Of a DNA stretch of 24,264 nucleotides, positions 1 through 7,082 are shown in pieces (the first letter of the stretch is position 1; each line of letters opens with the position of its first letter). The stretch lies in sequence record OR992643; one strand, written 5' to 3'. Position numbers and translations under genes: made by a program. The notes under the pieces were generated by a model. The model was not told where the DNA came from. It made no database searches and saw only the letters and a list, made by a program, of their open reading frames with translations. The stretch comes from Escherichia phage EP-M-A.

Positions 1-87
1 GATTTCACCCATTACATCTACGACTTGTAACTGCTGCCGTAGTTGGTTAATCAGGTACTCGAATACTTCGTTTTTGTTACTCATCAT
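1..87 (-). CDS. hypothetical protein, 5' part only (runs off the left edge); begins MMSNKNEVFEYLINQLRQQLQVVDVMGEI
   Basis: ATG-ATG at 87..82 on the minus strand with a GGAGG Shine-Dalgarno (plus 94-98) upstream; frame open to the window edge; start overlaps the stop of the upstream gene by 11 nt. Confidence 0.45.
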   Translation of the reverse strand, partial: MMSNKNEVFEYLINQLRQQLQVVDVMGEI

Positions 88-295
88 CCGGTTCCTCCCC
101 GTTATATTCTTCAAACACAAAGGCATCGTCTGCGGATAACGCCCATCGACCATACCCGGTGTAATAGACGTCAAGTTCAGTGCCGTTGTCGTCTATTATG
201 TAGCATCGACTCTCGTCGCTGTCTTCTTTGATGTGGTACAGGTCGTTTTTAGCCAGCGCCCAGTAACCATCGTAGGATTTGCATTCCAGGAACAT
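77..295 (-). CDS. hypothetical small acidic protein, 72 aa
   Basis: ORF from the track; AGGAG Shine-Dalgarno just upstream of the ATG at 295; sits downstream of minus-strand promoter A. Confidence 0.6.
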   Translation of the reverse strand: MFLECKSYDGYWALAKNDLYHIKEDSDESRCYIIDDNGTELDVYYTGYGRWALSADDAFVFEEYNGEEPDDE

Positions 296-325
296 CTCTG
301 TCTCTCCTATCGTCTGTGTAAATGA

Positions 326-354
326 ATAGTAGTCTATTCTATCCCAGTGTGCAA
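326..354 (-). promoter_or_regulatory. sigma70-like promoter (-35 TTGCAC, 17 nt spacer, -10 TACTAT) containing the palindrome GAATAG-N4-CTATTC
   Basis: Read on the minus strand: TTGCAC = plus 349-354, TACTAT = plus 326-331; palindrome at 324-339; about 25 nt upstream of the ATG at 295. Confidence 0.55.
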
Positions 355-361
355 GTAAATT

Positions 362-535
362 TTATTGGTGTGTTATTGAATCGATGAACGCCAGTAAACC
401 CCGTTCCGCCTCTGCTTCTCTTTCTTCAAGCGACCAGGTAGCGGATTCCTCTGTTGCCGGTGCTAAATCGGTTTTTACATCCATCATTGTGTCGATTAAC
501 GCGATTAGTCGTTCAGCCTGTTCTTTAGTAATCAT
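362..535 (-). CDS. hypothetical protein, 57 aa (MITKEQAERLIALIDTMMDVKTDLAPATEESATWSLEEREAEAERGLLAFIDSITHQ); absent from the ORF track because under 60 aa
   Basis: Hand translation of the minus strand; AGGAG about 8 nt upstream of the ATG at 535; protein-like composition; the overlapping plus ORF 384..596 is low-complexity. Confidence 0.5.
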   Translation of the reverse strand: MITKEQAERLIALIDTMMDVKTDLAPATEESATWSLEEREAEAERGLLAFIDSITHQ

Positions 536-659
536 TGTTGCATCTCCTGCAATAGTCGCTTCGATTGTTGCATTTGGTGAAATAGAACAAAAATGAGAAA
601 AATGATACGCTGCTGTGTAGCAGCGTAAGTCACTCAGTAAAATCCCAAACTATTGAACA

Positions 660-839
660 TCACACTTCCGGCGGCTCGGGTAACGACATCCAGTGGGTCA
701 CCCCGGCACACTTAACATATTCATCACAGACAAAGTCACCGTTGTATCTTGCTATATAGCAGTACCCGGCGCGGACATAGACAATGACATACTCCCCATA
801 TTTAGGCATCTGCTCACTGCACTCAACCCACTTACTCAT
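660..839 (-). CDS. hypothetical protein, 59 aa, ending ...GVTHWMSLPEPPEV (resembles the C-terminal W-x-LPEPP signature of DUF551-type phage proteins)
   Basis: Hand translation; GAGGTGA Shine-Dalgarno directly upstream of the ATG at 839; its start context overlaps the stop of the upstream gene 843..986. Family assignment is from memory. Confidence 0.5.
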   Translation of the reverse strand: MSKWVECSEQMPKYGEYVIVYVRAGYCYIARYNGDFVCDEYVKCAGVTHWMSLPEPPEV

Positions 840-842
840 ATC

Positions 843-986
843 TCACCTCGTATTCATCACAGCTTGCACACCAGCTTTCCACGCCCGCCACGCGAGACGC
901 GTCTTAACGTTAAGGTACTCTTTCTTCGAACCCTTGTTAATCGGCAAACCCTCGACGATGGCCCACCGTTCAAATGCTTCTCTCAT
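843..986 (-). CDS. hypothetical protein, 47 aa (MREAFERWAIVEGLPINKGSKKEYLNVKTRLAWRAWKAGVQAVMNTR)
   Basis: Hand translation; its TGA stop lies inside the GAGGTGAGATATG start context of the next gene, a translational-coupling arrangement. Confidence 0.45.
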   Translation of the reverse strand: MREAFERWAIVEGLPINKGSKKEYLNVKTRLAWRAWKAGVQAVMNTR

Positions 987-1019
987 ACCAACCCCCGCAC
1001 CACATAAACGGTTAAAATA

Positions 1020-1319
1020 TTACTTAACACGGCAACCTCCCTCAGAGTCGTCGGCACGAGCATCATGATTCGATGCCGTTCGTATAAACAGCTTACCTTT
1101 GCGCTGTAACAAATCCATTGTCACGGCGCCAGCCCCTGACTTATTAGGGCGACGCAGCCGGCTAAAATTCCATACCCGGGCCTTTGTTACATCCCGGGCG
1201 TTACATACCCACAAAGCACCATTTTCTCTTAGTTCCAGTAAATCAGAAATGTTGAAATTATTTACTGGGATAAACCCGCTAATGAACTGGCGTTCGCATT
1301 GAGGTAATTCTTCCATCAC
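1020..1319 (-). CDS. hypothetical protein, 99 aa
   Basis: ORF from the track; ATGA start/stop overlap with the upstream gene 1316..1501; purine-rich GGGGTGA upstream of the start. Confidence 0.55.
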   Translation of the reverse strand: MMEELPQCERQFISGFIPVNNFNISDLLELRENGALWVCNARDVTKARVWNFSRLRRPNKSGAGAVTMDLLQRKGKLFIRTASNHDARADDSEGGCRVK

Positions 1320-1501
1320 TTCACCCCTTTGAATTTAAAATTGTTGCCGATGAGTTTTATCTCGTCCCCGAAGCACCACTTACCGAAACGCTGGTTAGGT
1401 GTACGGATGTAGTACATCCCGTTAACCTTATTTGAAATTCGTTCGATAGCACCGTAATAACCGTAATCGTTTACTTTAACCAACTGACCCTTCTTAAACA
1501 T
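1316..1501 (-). CDS. hypothetical protein, 61 aa
   Basis: ORF from the track; GAGGAG Shine-Dalgarno 9 nt upstream of the ATG at 1501; first gene downstream of minus-strand promoter B. Confidence 0.6.
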   Translation of the reverse strand: MFKKGQLVKVNDYGYYGAIERISNKVNGMYYIRTPNQRFGKWCFGDEIKLIGNNFKFKGVK

Positions 1502-1536
1502 AACCCCTCGCTCCTCTGTCTCGTTTCGATAAGTGA

Positions 1537-1565
1537 ATAGTAACCTATTATGTTGGGGTGTGCAA
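1537..1565 (-). promoter_or_regulatory. sigma70-like promoter (-35 TTGCAC, 17 nt spacer, -10 TACTAT) with palindrome GAATAG-taac-CTATTA at 1535-1550
   Basis: Same TTGCAC-N17-TACTATTCA architecture as the promoter at 326-354; TTGCAC = plus 1560-1565, TACTAT = plus 1537-1542; drives the leftward small-gene operon. Confidence 0.55.
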
Positions 1566-1637
1566 GAGAATAGTTACGTTGCCGTTGTGATTCTTTAGGG
1601 AAGGTTGTGCCTTTATTCTTATTACTTGGTAACTAAA

Positions 1638-1658
1638 GGGCAGGCCTTAAGCCTGCCC
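1638..1658. other. perfect 8 bp GC-rich hairpin GGGCAGGC-cttaa-GCCTGCCC in the non-coding region
   Basis: Inverted repeat read directly; on the minus strand it is followed by a T-rich run (TTTAGTT). Possible insulator/terminator or RNA element. Confidence 0.4.
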
Positions 1659-1935
1659 GATAATCGTTACATTTTTACGGTTGCGAATCTACGGCACATT
1701 AAGAAAATCAGATACTTAAGAGATATGCTGCCGGTGAGAATAGAGCTTGCCCAGGGCAACCGGAGATACTTAGGAAGGAAAGTTACGATAATTCTCGTGT
1801 TCAGTAAGCCTGTGTTTAACCCTTTGCTTGACGCACGGGTTAAACATTCTTACAAGGTGAACAGGAATCAAAGTAACTAAGATATAGAAGCACCTTAAAC
1901 GAAGATTTTCATAATGTCAATAGGTGCGATTATGT

Positions 1936-1964
1936 TTGATTTCCCATTATTCGCAATGTATACT
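1936..1964 (+). promoter_or_regulatory. sigma70-like promoter (-35 TTGATT, 17 nt spacer, -10 TATACT) for the rightward operon
   Basis: Hexamers and spacing read directly; about 30 nt upstream of the ATG at 1997; lacks the GAATAG palindrome. Confidence 0.45.
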
Positions 1965-1996
1965 TGGTTCCGTTAACTGATAATGAGGGGTTGAGA

Positions 1997-2167
1997 ATGA
2001 CGCAGAATGAAGTAGCTGAGCGTATCGGGGTTACTCGTCGCACGCTGAATAACTGGTTAAAGAGCGGGAAGTTCCCGGATTGTTGTATTCGCATTATGGG
2101 CCGCCGGCAGCCAGGTACGTTTGACCGGGAGAAAGTGGAAGCGTGGATTAAGGAGAACGTGAAATGA
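1997..2167 (+). CDS. small HTH DNA-binding protein (AlpA/excisionase-like fold), 56 aa
   Basis: MTQNEVAERIGVTRRTLNNWLKSGKFP is a typical helix-turn-helix; GAGGGG Shine-Dalgarno 8 nt upstream of the ATG at 1997. The track ORF starts at a TTG at 1964, judged less likely. Confidence 0.6.
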   Translation: MTQNEVAERIGVTRRTLNNWLKSGKFPDCCIRIMGRRQPGTFDREKVEAWIKENVK

Positions 2168-2397
2168 CTGAGTTCCAGTCACGCGTATTTACGGCGGTCG
2201 TCTCATTAACACGTAAAAAAGGGTCGTGCAGCGTTATGGACTTGCGCCGTAGTTATTTTAAGTACTATAGTTCCGCCGTTATTGAAGGGTCGTTGAAGGT
2301 GCTGGTTAAATCCGGTGTCGTGAAAAATGTTGGCGGGAAATATAGTGCCGTTGCTGAAGTTCGCGGAATGACCGCTACTTTAGAGGACCTGGAATAA
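2164..2397 (+). CDS. hypothetical protein, 77 aa, ending ...TATLEDLE
   Basis: ATGA overlap with the preceding gene; acidic C-terminal EDLE tail as on the primase-helicase and nuclease. Confidence 0.55.
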   Translation: MTEFQSRVFTAVVSLTRKKGSCSVMDLRRSYFKYYSSAVIEGSLKVLVKSGVVKNVGGKYSAVAEVRGMTATLEDLE

Positions 2398-2456
2398 AAG
2401 AAAGCCCCGACGCGGTGAACGCCGAGGCCAAATTACTTGCTGAAGGAATATACAAC

Positions 2457-4700
2457 ATGTCCGATGTAATTTTATCCTACTCGTGGTCTCGTCGCAACGC
2501 GCGAGCAGAGAAAAAGGATATAAACGTCAGAACCACACACATGGCAACACTGGACGACCTGAAAGAGTTAATCCGGCCGCTCGATGCTGTTCGTGATGGG
2601 GTTAACCCGAAGACCGCGCCCGGCTATATCACAGCCGCGTGCGACTCAACACACAGCACCGTAAAAGACCCGGAAACCGGGGACTTTAAGCAAGCGCGTA
2701 AAGGCTTCTTTTATCGCTGTGACGCGTCTGTAAGCAAATCGTCGCTGGCATATCTGGACTTCGACAGCACAACGCCGGAAGAGTATCAGGAAGCGGTGCG
2801 ACTGGTTAAGCGCAGCCGTCAGGCCATGTGCCTCTATACCACGGCATCCCATACCGATGAGTCACCGCGCTTTCGCGTCGTTATGCCCCTGGGCCGACCG
2901 GTTGAAGGTGGTGACATAATCCGTGTTCGTCATGGATTGCTTGAGCACTTCTTCAAAGGCATGGGTGCGGACCGCAGCGGGTTCACTCTTTCGCAGCCGA
3001 TGTACCTGCCGCCGGTCGGCTCTACCGTTATCTGGTCGCGTCGCAACGACCTGATTGACCCGGACGAGTTACTGGAAGGCATCCCGGATTACGATGTGAG
3101 CAGCGCATCGGATTACCAGATACCGGAAGAACTGCGCACCGCGTTTACAGACGCGTTCGAGGCGCTGGCGTTTGAGTATGGCGGCATCATGACGCCCCGC
3201 GGCCTTAAGATGCCAGCTACACCAGAACACGCAGAGAACTACAGCGACCCGACCCCTCGCCCGGATGACTTCCTGCTGTGTTTCCCGCGTGAGGGCTACG
3301 AAGCGCCTAACGTAACCATGATTCACGACACCGACATTACGGCAACCGAAGGCATGTCGCCGAAAGAGGTGTGGAGATACGCGTGCGATGCGACCGGGCT
3401 GCCATTCAGTGAAGTCGCCGAGGCTATCGGCTGGGGTGCACGTGAATATGTCTCATGCAGCCTCGACGACCTGGAAGATGGTGATGAGGACTCAGAGGAG
3501 GATGAGTTACCGGAACCGGTAAAGGCTGATTTCGTCGTTGAGGGGTATATGCCGTCGGATTGTATCTGGGATATTGTTGGGGAATCAGGCACGTACAAAT
3601 CATTCTATACGCTGGGTATGATGTACCTTAGCGCGGCGGGATACCGGTTTGCAGGCGCTGACACCCAGCGTTGCCACCACTTCTATATCGACGGTGAGGG
3701 GGGCGCAGCCACACGTACACGTATTGACGCGCTCGCGGCTAAATACGGCGCAGAGGGTAAAGATTATGTACACGTCATCGACATGGGCGAAGTCGGCAAA
3801 CTTAAAAGCCTGATTAAGTTAATGCGCGAAACTGCGGGCGATGAACCTATCGGCATGGTCGCGTTCGACACCCTTAACCAGACCCTGGCCCTGACGATTG
3901 ATAAGTTCGACGAGAACAGCTCATCAACGGCAATCGGTATGGGTAAAGTTATCGCCATCCTGAAAGAAGTACGTGATGCGACTAAAGCCGCGGTGGGCGT
4001 CGTCCACCATACACCGAAGGGTGGAAAGAAAGCCCGCGGTAGTGGGGCGCTGTATGCGGGCGTCGACGTGGAACTGACAATCGAACGCGCCACTGACCGT
4101 CAGATAAACGTATACCACTCTAAATTTAAGCATGGGCCTCAACAGAAGACGGTTGGCATGGTGCTGGAGTCGGTACAGTTCCGTGAAGCGCCACCACCGA
4201 AAGAGTACCGTGCGGTTGAGTTCCTCGGTAGCACAGAGGAATACGGCACAATCGTAAACCTCGACCTGCCGGAACCGCACAAGGCGCTTGTGCTGATGCC
4301 GTGGGGATTCGAGCCGTTCAAGACTGACGAGGAGAAGGAGCGGGAAGAAGGGCTGACAAAGGAAGGTAAAGAAAACGTAAAGAATGCTGTGAAACGTGGG
4401 AAGGATGAAGGGCGTAAGGAATCAATACTCGCCGCGCTGGAAGACCTGCAACAGTCTGACGACACCGGACGCGGTTTTACCCAACGACAGATAGTAGCGA
4501 ACTCGGGTGACCACGCCATCACCAACCATCATCTTGAGAAGATGCTGAAAGACGGGGAGTTGATGCTTGGGTGTGATATTAACGGTGAAGTTATGCCGGG
4601 CACATACCGGATACCGGAAAAGATGGGTGACAGATTAAGACCGAAGACAATATACGAACCGAATGAAATGCTGGTGGTGACAGAGGAGGATTTGGAATAG
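2457..4700 (+). CDS. bifunctional DNA primase/helicase: N-terminal archaeo-eukaryotic-primase-like (PrimPol) domain plus C-terminal RecA-fold (DnaB/RepA-like) ATPase
   Basis: AEP-like motifs (LDFD; TTASH); Walker A GESGTYKSF; Walker B MVAFDTLN; HHTPKG...ARGSGAL; ends VTEEDLE. Start set at ATG 2457 (GAAGGAA upstream) rather than the GTG at 2415. Confidence 0.8.
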   Translation: MSDVILSYSWSRRNARAEKKDINVRTTHMATLDDLKELIRPLDAVRDGVNPKTAPGYITAACDSTHSTVKDPETGDFKQARKGFFYRCDASVSKSSLAYLDFDSTTPEEYQEAVRLVKRSRQAMCLYTTASHTDESPRFRVVMPLGRPVEGGDIIRVRHGLLEHFFKGMGADRSGFTLSQPMYLPPVGSTVIWSRRNDLIDPDELLEGIPDYDVSSASDYQIPEELRTAFTDAFEALAFEYGGIMTPRGLKMPATPEHAENYSDPTPRPDDFLLCFPREGYEAPNVTMIHDTDITATEGMSPKEVWRYACDATGLPFSEVAEAIGWGAREYVSCSLDDLEDGDEDSEEDELPEPVKADFVVEGYMPSDCIWDIVGESGTYKSFYTLGMMYLSAAGYRFAGADTQRCHHFYIDGEGGAATRTRIDALAAKYGAEGKDYVHVIDMGEVGKLKSLIKLMRETAGDEPIGMVAFDTLNQTLALTIDKFDENSSSTAIGMGKVIAILKEVRDATKAAVGVVHHTPKGGKKARGSGALYAGVDVELTIERATDRQINVYHSKFKHGPQQKTVGMVLESVQFREAPPPKEYRAVEFLGSTEEYGTIVNLDLPEPHKALVLMPWGFEPFKTDEEKEREEGLTKEGKENVKNAVKRGKDEGRKESILAALEDLQQSDDTGRGFTQRQIVANSGDHAITNHHLEKMLKDGELMLGCDINGEVMPGTYRIPEKMGDRLRPKTIYEPNEMLVVTEEDLE

Positions 4701-4708
4701 GTAAAAAG

Positions 4709-4728
4709 AAAGGGGCGTTAAGCCCCTT
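4709..4728. terminator. bidirectional hairpin AAGGGGC-gttaa-GCCCCTT between convergent genes
   Basis: Inverted repeat read directly between the primase-helicase stop (4700) and the XRE regulator stop (4718). Confidence 0.5.
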
Positions 4729-4933
4729 CACCGAACGCCAGCCACTTGGCGTCTACTTGCAGCACTTCCGCCAGTTTAAACAGCGTTGCCGGGCGGACAT
4801 CCTGAGTTACCCCAAGGGCCAGCTGGTTAATTGCACCCTGGGAAACGCCGGTTAGTACAGCCAGACGGCGCTGGGAGATTCCAAGTTCTTTGCGGCGTTG
4901 TTCTACACGGATGCCTAGTTCAGATGGTTGCAT
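4718..4933 (-). CDS. XRE-family (Cro/CI-type) helix-turn-helix transcriptional regulator, 71 aa
   Basis: LGISQRRLAVLTGVSQGAINQLALG is a canonical HTH_3 motif; GGAG Shine-Dalgarno upstream of the ATG at 4933; divergent from the gene at 5058 with two palindromic operator-like sites between them. Confidence 0.8.
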   Translation of the reverse strand: MQPSELGIRVEQRRKELGISQRRLAVLTGVSQGAINQLALGVTQDVRPATLFKLAEVLQVDAKWLAFGEGA

Positions 4934-4962
4934 GTCAATTACTCCTTAGTTAGTTGATATGT

Positions 4963-4978
4963 GAATAGTACCATATTA
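4963..4978. promoter_or_regulatory. operator-like palindrome GAATAG-tacc-ATATTA overlapping the -10 region (TACTAT on the minus strand) of the XRE gene
   Basis: Imperfect copy of the GAATAG-N4-CTATTA palindrome that recurs in about seven promoters in this window. Confidence 0.5.
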
Positions 4979-4997
4979 ATTATTTTAGAAAAGCCCA

Positions 4998-5026
4998 TTG
5001 ACATGTGAATAGTTCGCTATTATAGT
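4998..5026 (+). promoter_or_regulatory. near-consensus sigma70 promoter (-35 TTGACA, 17 nt spacer, -10 TATAGT) with palindrome GAATAG-ttcg-CTATTA in the spacer
   Basis: TTGACA 4998-5003, TATAGT 5021-5026; about 30 nt upstream of the GAGAGGAGAG Shine-Dalgarno and ATG at 5058. Confidence 0.7.
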
Positions 5027-5057
5027 TAGCCCATACCAAACGAGAGGAGAGAAACAA

Positions 5058-5528
5058 ATGTTAGACCAATTCTTAAAATTACTGGAACGTTTCGTAGTTG
5101 CACATGAACTGATTGCTGCGAACAGTGTGAAACAAGTAGTCGTTGCTGAAACCGCAACAATCGAGACCACTGTTGCGAAAGAAGCAACAAAAGAAATCCC
5201 AGTCGAAGGTGAAGACGTCGTTGACATTAAACCTGCAGAAGAAGAGAAGCCGAAACGCAAGCCGCGTAAAGCTAAAGTAGAGGAGCCGACGCCAGAGCCG
5301 GAAGAAGAGAAAGAAGAAGTCGATTACCAGTCTCTGCGTGACCAGATTCAGGCTATCGATGACGCAATTAACGAAGGTCCTAGCGATGCCGCGTGCGATG
5401 ATTCCGATGAACTGCTGGAAGAGTTCACCGGTAAGAAGATGAAGATTGCCGAGATTAAAGACGAAGACCTGGCCGAATACCTGGAACGCCTGACAGCAAT
5501 CAAGAACAAGTATTTTGAAGAAGAATAA
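5058..5528 (+). CDS. highly acidic, Glu/Asp/Lys-rich protein, 156 aa; function unknown (possible DNA-mimic or anti-defence candidate)
   Basis: Strong Shine-Dalgarno; first gene after the operator-controlled promoter; followed by a hairpin terminator. No recognisable catalytic motif. Confidence 0.7.
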   Translation: MLDQFLKLLERFVVAHELIAANSVKQVVVAETATIETTVAKEATKEIPVEGEDVVDIKPAEEEKPKRKPRKAKVEEPTPEPEEEKEEVDYQSLRDQIQAIDDAINEGPSDAACDDSDELLEEFTGKKMKIAEIKDEDLAEYLERLTAIKNKYFEEE

Positions 5529-5535
5529 CTATCCC

Positions 5536-5556
5536 GCGGCCTTCGGGCCGCTTTAA
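5536..5556 (+). terminator. intrinsic terminator-like hairpin GCGGCC-UUCG-GGCCGC followed by TTTAA
   Basis: UUCG tetraloop hairpin and short T tract immediately after the stop at 5528. Confidence 0.6.
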
Positions 5557-5571
5557 CTGAGGGTCGGAATT

Positions 5572-5844
5572 ATGATTTACCAACTATACCGCGCCGTTGA
5601 CAGGCGGGATAACACAGAGGCGCTATGGTTATTGCGCGCGCCGTCCGGTGCACACCAGATGGAAGAGATGGCGTACTTAGGCAAAGTGCCACGGCCTAAA
5701 GACATAGGCCGCCACGTGTCGCATATTAAGCGTACGACTTTCGCCAAGCCTGACTTTTATGTCTTCGAGTCGATGTATGGCTGGGCTATGCATTGCCATC
5801 ACAAGACGCGACATTTAATTGACCAGTGGGAGAACAGGGTATGA
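5572..5844 (+). CDS. hypothetical protein, 90 aa
   Basis: GAGGG Shine-Dalgarno 8 nt upstream; ATGA overlap with the downstream nuclease gene; its initiation region repeats the one in front of the DNA polymerase. Confidence 0.6.
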   Translation: MIYQLYRAVDRRDNTEALWLLRAPSGAHQMEEMAYLGKVPRPKDIGRHVSHIKRTTFAKPDFYVFESMYGWAMHCHHKTRHLIDQWENRV

Positions 5845-7082
5845 TTCTTAAAGAACGCGGCGGCAATAATGATGTACATGCCTTACTGTCACCGTCAGGC
5901 GCTAAAAAGTGGCTGAGTTGTGCTGCATCACTGGCCTGTGAAAAAGATATTCCTAACACATCTGGTAAAGCTGCCGTTACAGGGACCGCGTGCCACACTA
6001 TAGCTGAGGTCCATCTCAACGCTTATATTCGCGGAACTGCGCTACCGTTAGAGCGTGAAGTCGGTGCTTATGTTCTGGATGAGGGCAAAGGCCAGATTAA
6101 GGCGCTAATCAGTCCTATGAAAGGCGCTGTACTGATTACGGCGGACATGATTGAGCAGGTGCGCAAGTACACCGACTACTGCAAACCGATTATCGACGTG
6201 GCTACTTTCGCTAAGCTGGAGATGCGCGTAAATCTTACTGAGGTATTGCATCCGGGGTATGAAGGCGTTGAGACGTTCGGAACCGCAGACCTTGTTGCCG
6301 TTCAGGAACTGACAAACACCGACGAGCACATGCTCATTATCGGCGACCTTAAAACAGGGCGGCATCGTGTCGAAGCGAAAGAAAACAAGCAGCTTATGCT
6401 TTACGCTCTCGGTGTTTATCGCAGACTTAAGAGACGTTATAACATAACAACCGTTCGTCTGGTTATCTTCCAGCCGTACGCTGGCGGTGCGTCGGAGTGG
6501 GACATCCCGGTTGAAGGGCTGGAACTGTTCGCCAAGTTCGCACAGAAACGCGCGCTGTTAGCGCTAGATGCGTACTTCCGCGGTAAGAAGAACCTGAAAG
6601 CGTCGGACTTTAAGCCGTCGGTAGATGGTTGTCAGTGGTGTAGGTTCTCTGAACAATGCGCCGCGCGTACAAAGACGGTTAATTCTGTACTGGCGGAAGA
6701 ACTTGAAGACGACTTTGCACTAGAACTAACGCCGGAGCAACTCGTCGCCGAGTATGAGAAGTTGCCGTTGTTGCGCCAGCACATCGATAAGGTCGAGAAA
6801 GCGATGGCGGCCGTGTTGCATTCCGGTAAGAAAGTGCCAGGGTACAAACTGGTTGAAGGCCGCCCGGGTAATCGTGCGTGGAAAGACGCGGAGAAAGTAA
6901 CAGAACTCTACGGCGACAAGCTGACTAAAGAAGTGCTCATGACGCCTACCGAAGCTGTTAAAGTCATACCGGAAGAAGAACTGAAAGACTTCATTACCCG
7001 TAAGCCGGGCGCACCATGTGTCGCAACGGCAGACGACAAACGTCCTGAGTGGAATCAGGTAACAGAGGAGGATTTAGAATGA
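5841..7082 (+). CDS. PD-(D/E)XK exonuclease of the Cas4/RecB-nuclease type with a four-cysteine cluster (probable recombination exonuclease)
   Basis: N-terminal Cys (WLSCAAS); nuclease core TADLVAV...IGDLKTG and QLMLYAL; C-terminal CQWCRFSEQC (C-x2-C-x5-C); ends VTEEDLE. Start set at ATG 5841. Confidence 0.8.
   Translation: MILKERGGNNDVHALLSPSGAKKWLSCAASLACEKDIPNTSGKAAVTGTACHTIAEVHLNAYIRGTALPLEREVGAYVLDEGKGQIKALISPMKGAVLITADMIEQVRKYTDYCKPIIDVATFAKLEMRVNLTEVLHPGYEGVETFGTADLVAVQELTNTDEHMLIIGDLKTGRHRVEAKENKQLMLYALGVYRRLKRRYNITTVRLVIFQPYAGGASEWDIPVEGLELFAKFAQKRALLALDAYFRGKKNLKASDFKPSVDGCQWCRFSEQCAARTKTVNSVLAEELEDDFALELTPEQLVAEYEKLPLLRQHIDKVEKAMAAVLHSGKKVPGYKLVEGRPGNRAWKDAEKVTELYGDKLTKEVLMTPTEAVKVIPEEELKDFITRKPGAPCVATADDKRPEWNQVTEEDLE

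Noticed and set aside
384-1068. Plus-strand ORFs 384..596, 693..1007 and 784..1068 (70-104 aa)
   Set aside because: Low-complexity, Ser/Ala/Ile- or Pro/His/Arg-rich translations with no ribosome-binding sites; they are antisense to the better supported minus-strand small genes with Shine-Dalgarno sequences and coupled stop/start codons.
1605-1880. Plus-strand ORF of 91 aa in the intergenic control region
   Set aside because: No Shine-Dalgarno, starts inside the promoter/hairpin region and has odd composition; treated as non-coding, though a small RNA cannot be excluded.
1964-2456. Upstream alternative starts: TTG at 1964 for the HTH gene and GTG at 2415 for the primase-helicase
   Set aside because: Both lack ribosome-binding sites, whereas the in-frame ATGs at 1997 and 2457 have good Shine-Dalgarno sequences at proper spacing.
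2646-4525. Minus-strand ORFs nested inside the primase-helicase gene (2646..2852, 3069..3326, 3323..3598, 3764..4093, 3924..4280, 4139..4525)
   Set aside because: Typical antisense shadow ORFs of a GC-rich gene: Arg/Ser/Cys-rich, no motifs, no start context.
4718-5057. Interpreting the XRE regulator plus operators as a lysogeny (CI/Cro) module, hence a temperate phage
   Set aside because: No integrase, excisionase partner or attachment site is visible, and the same operator occurs in promoters of replication and tail operons. A lytic-cycle global regulator is equally consistent, so no lifestyle call is made.
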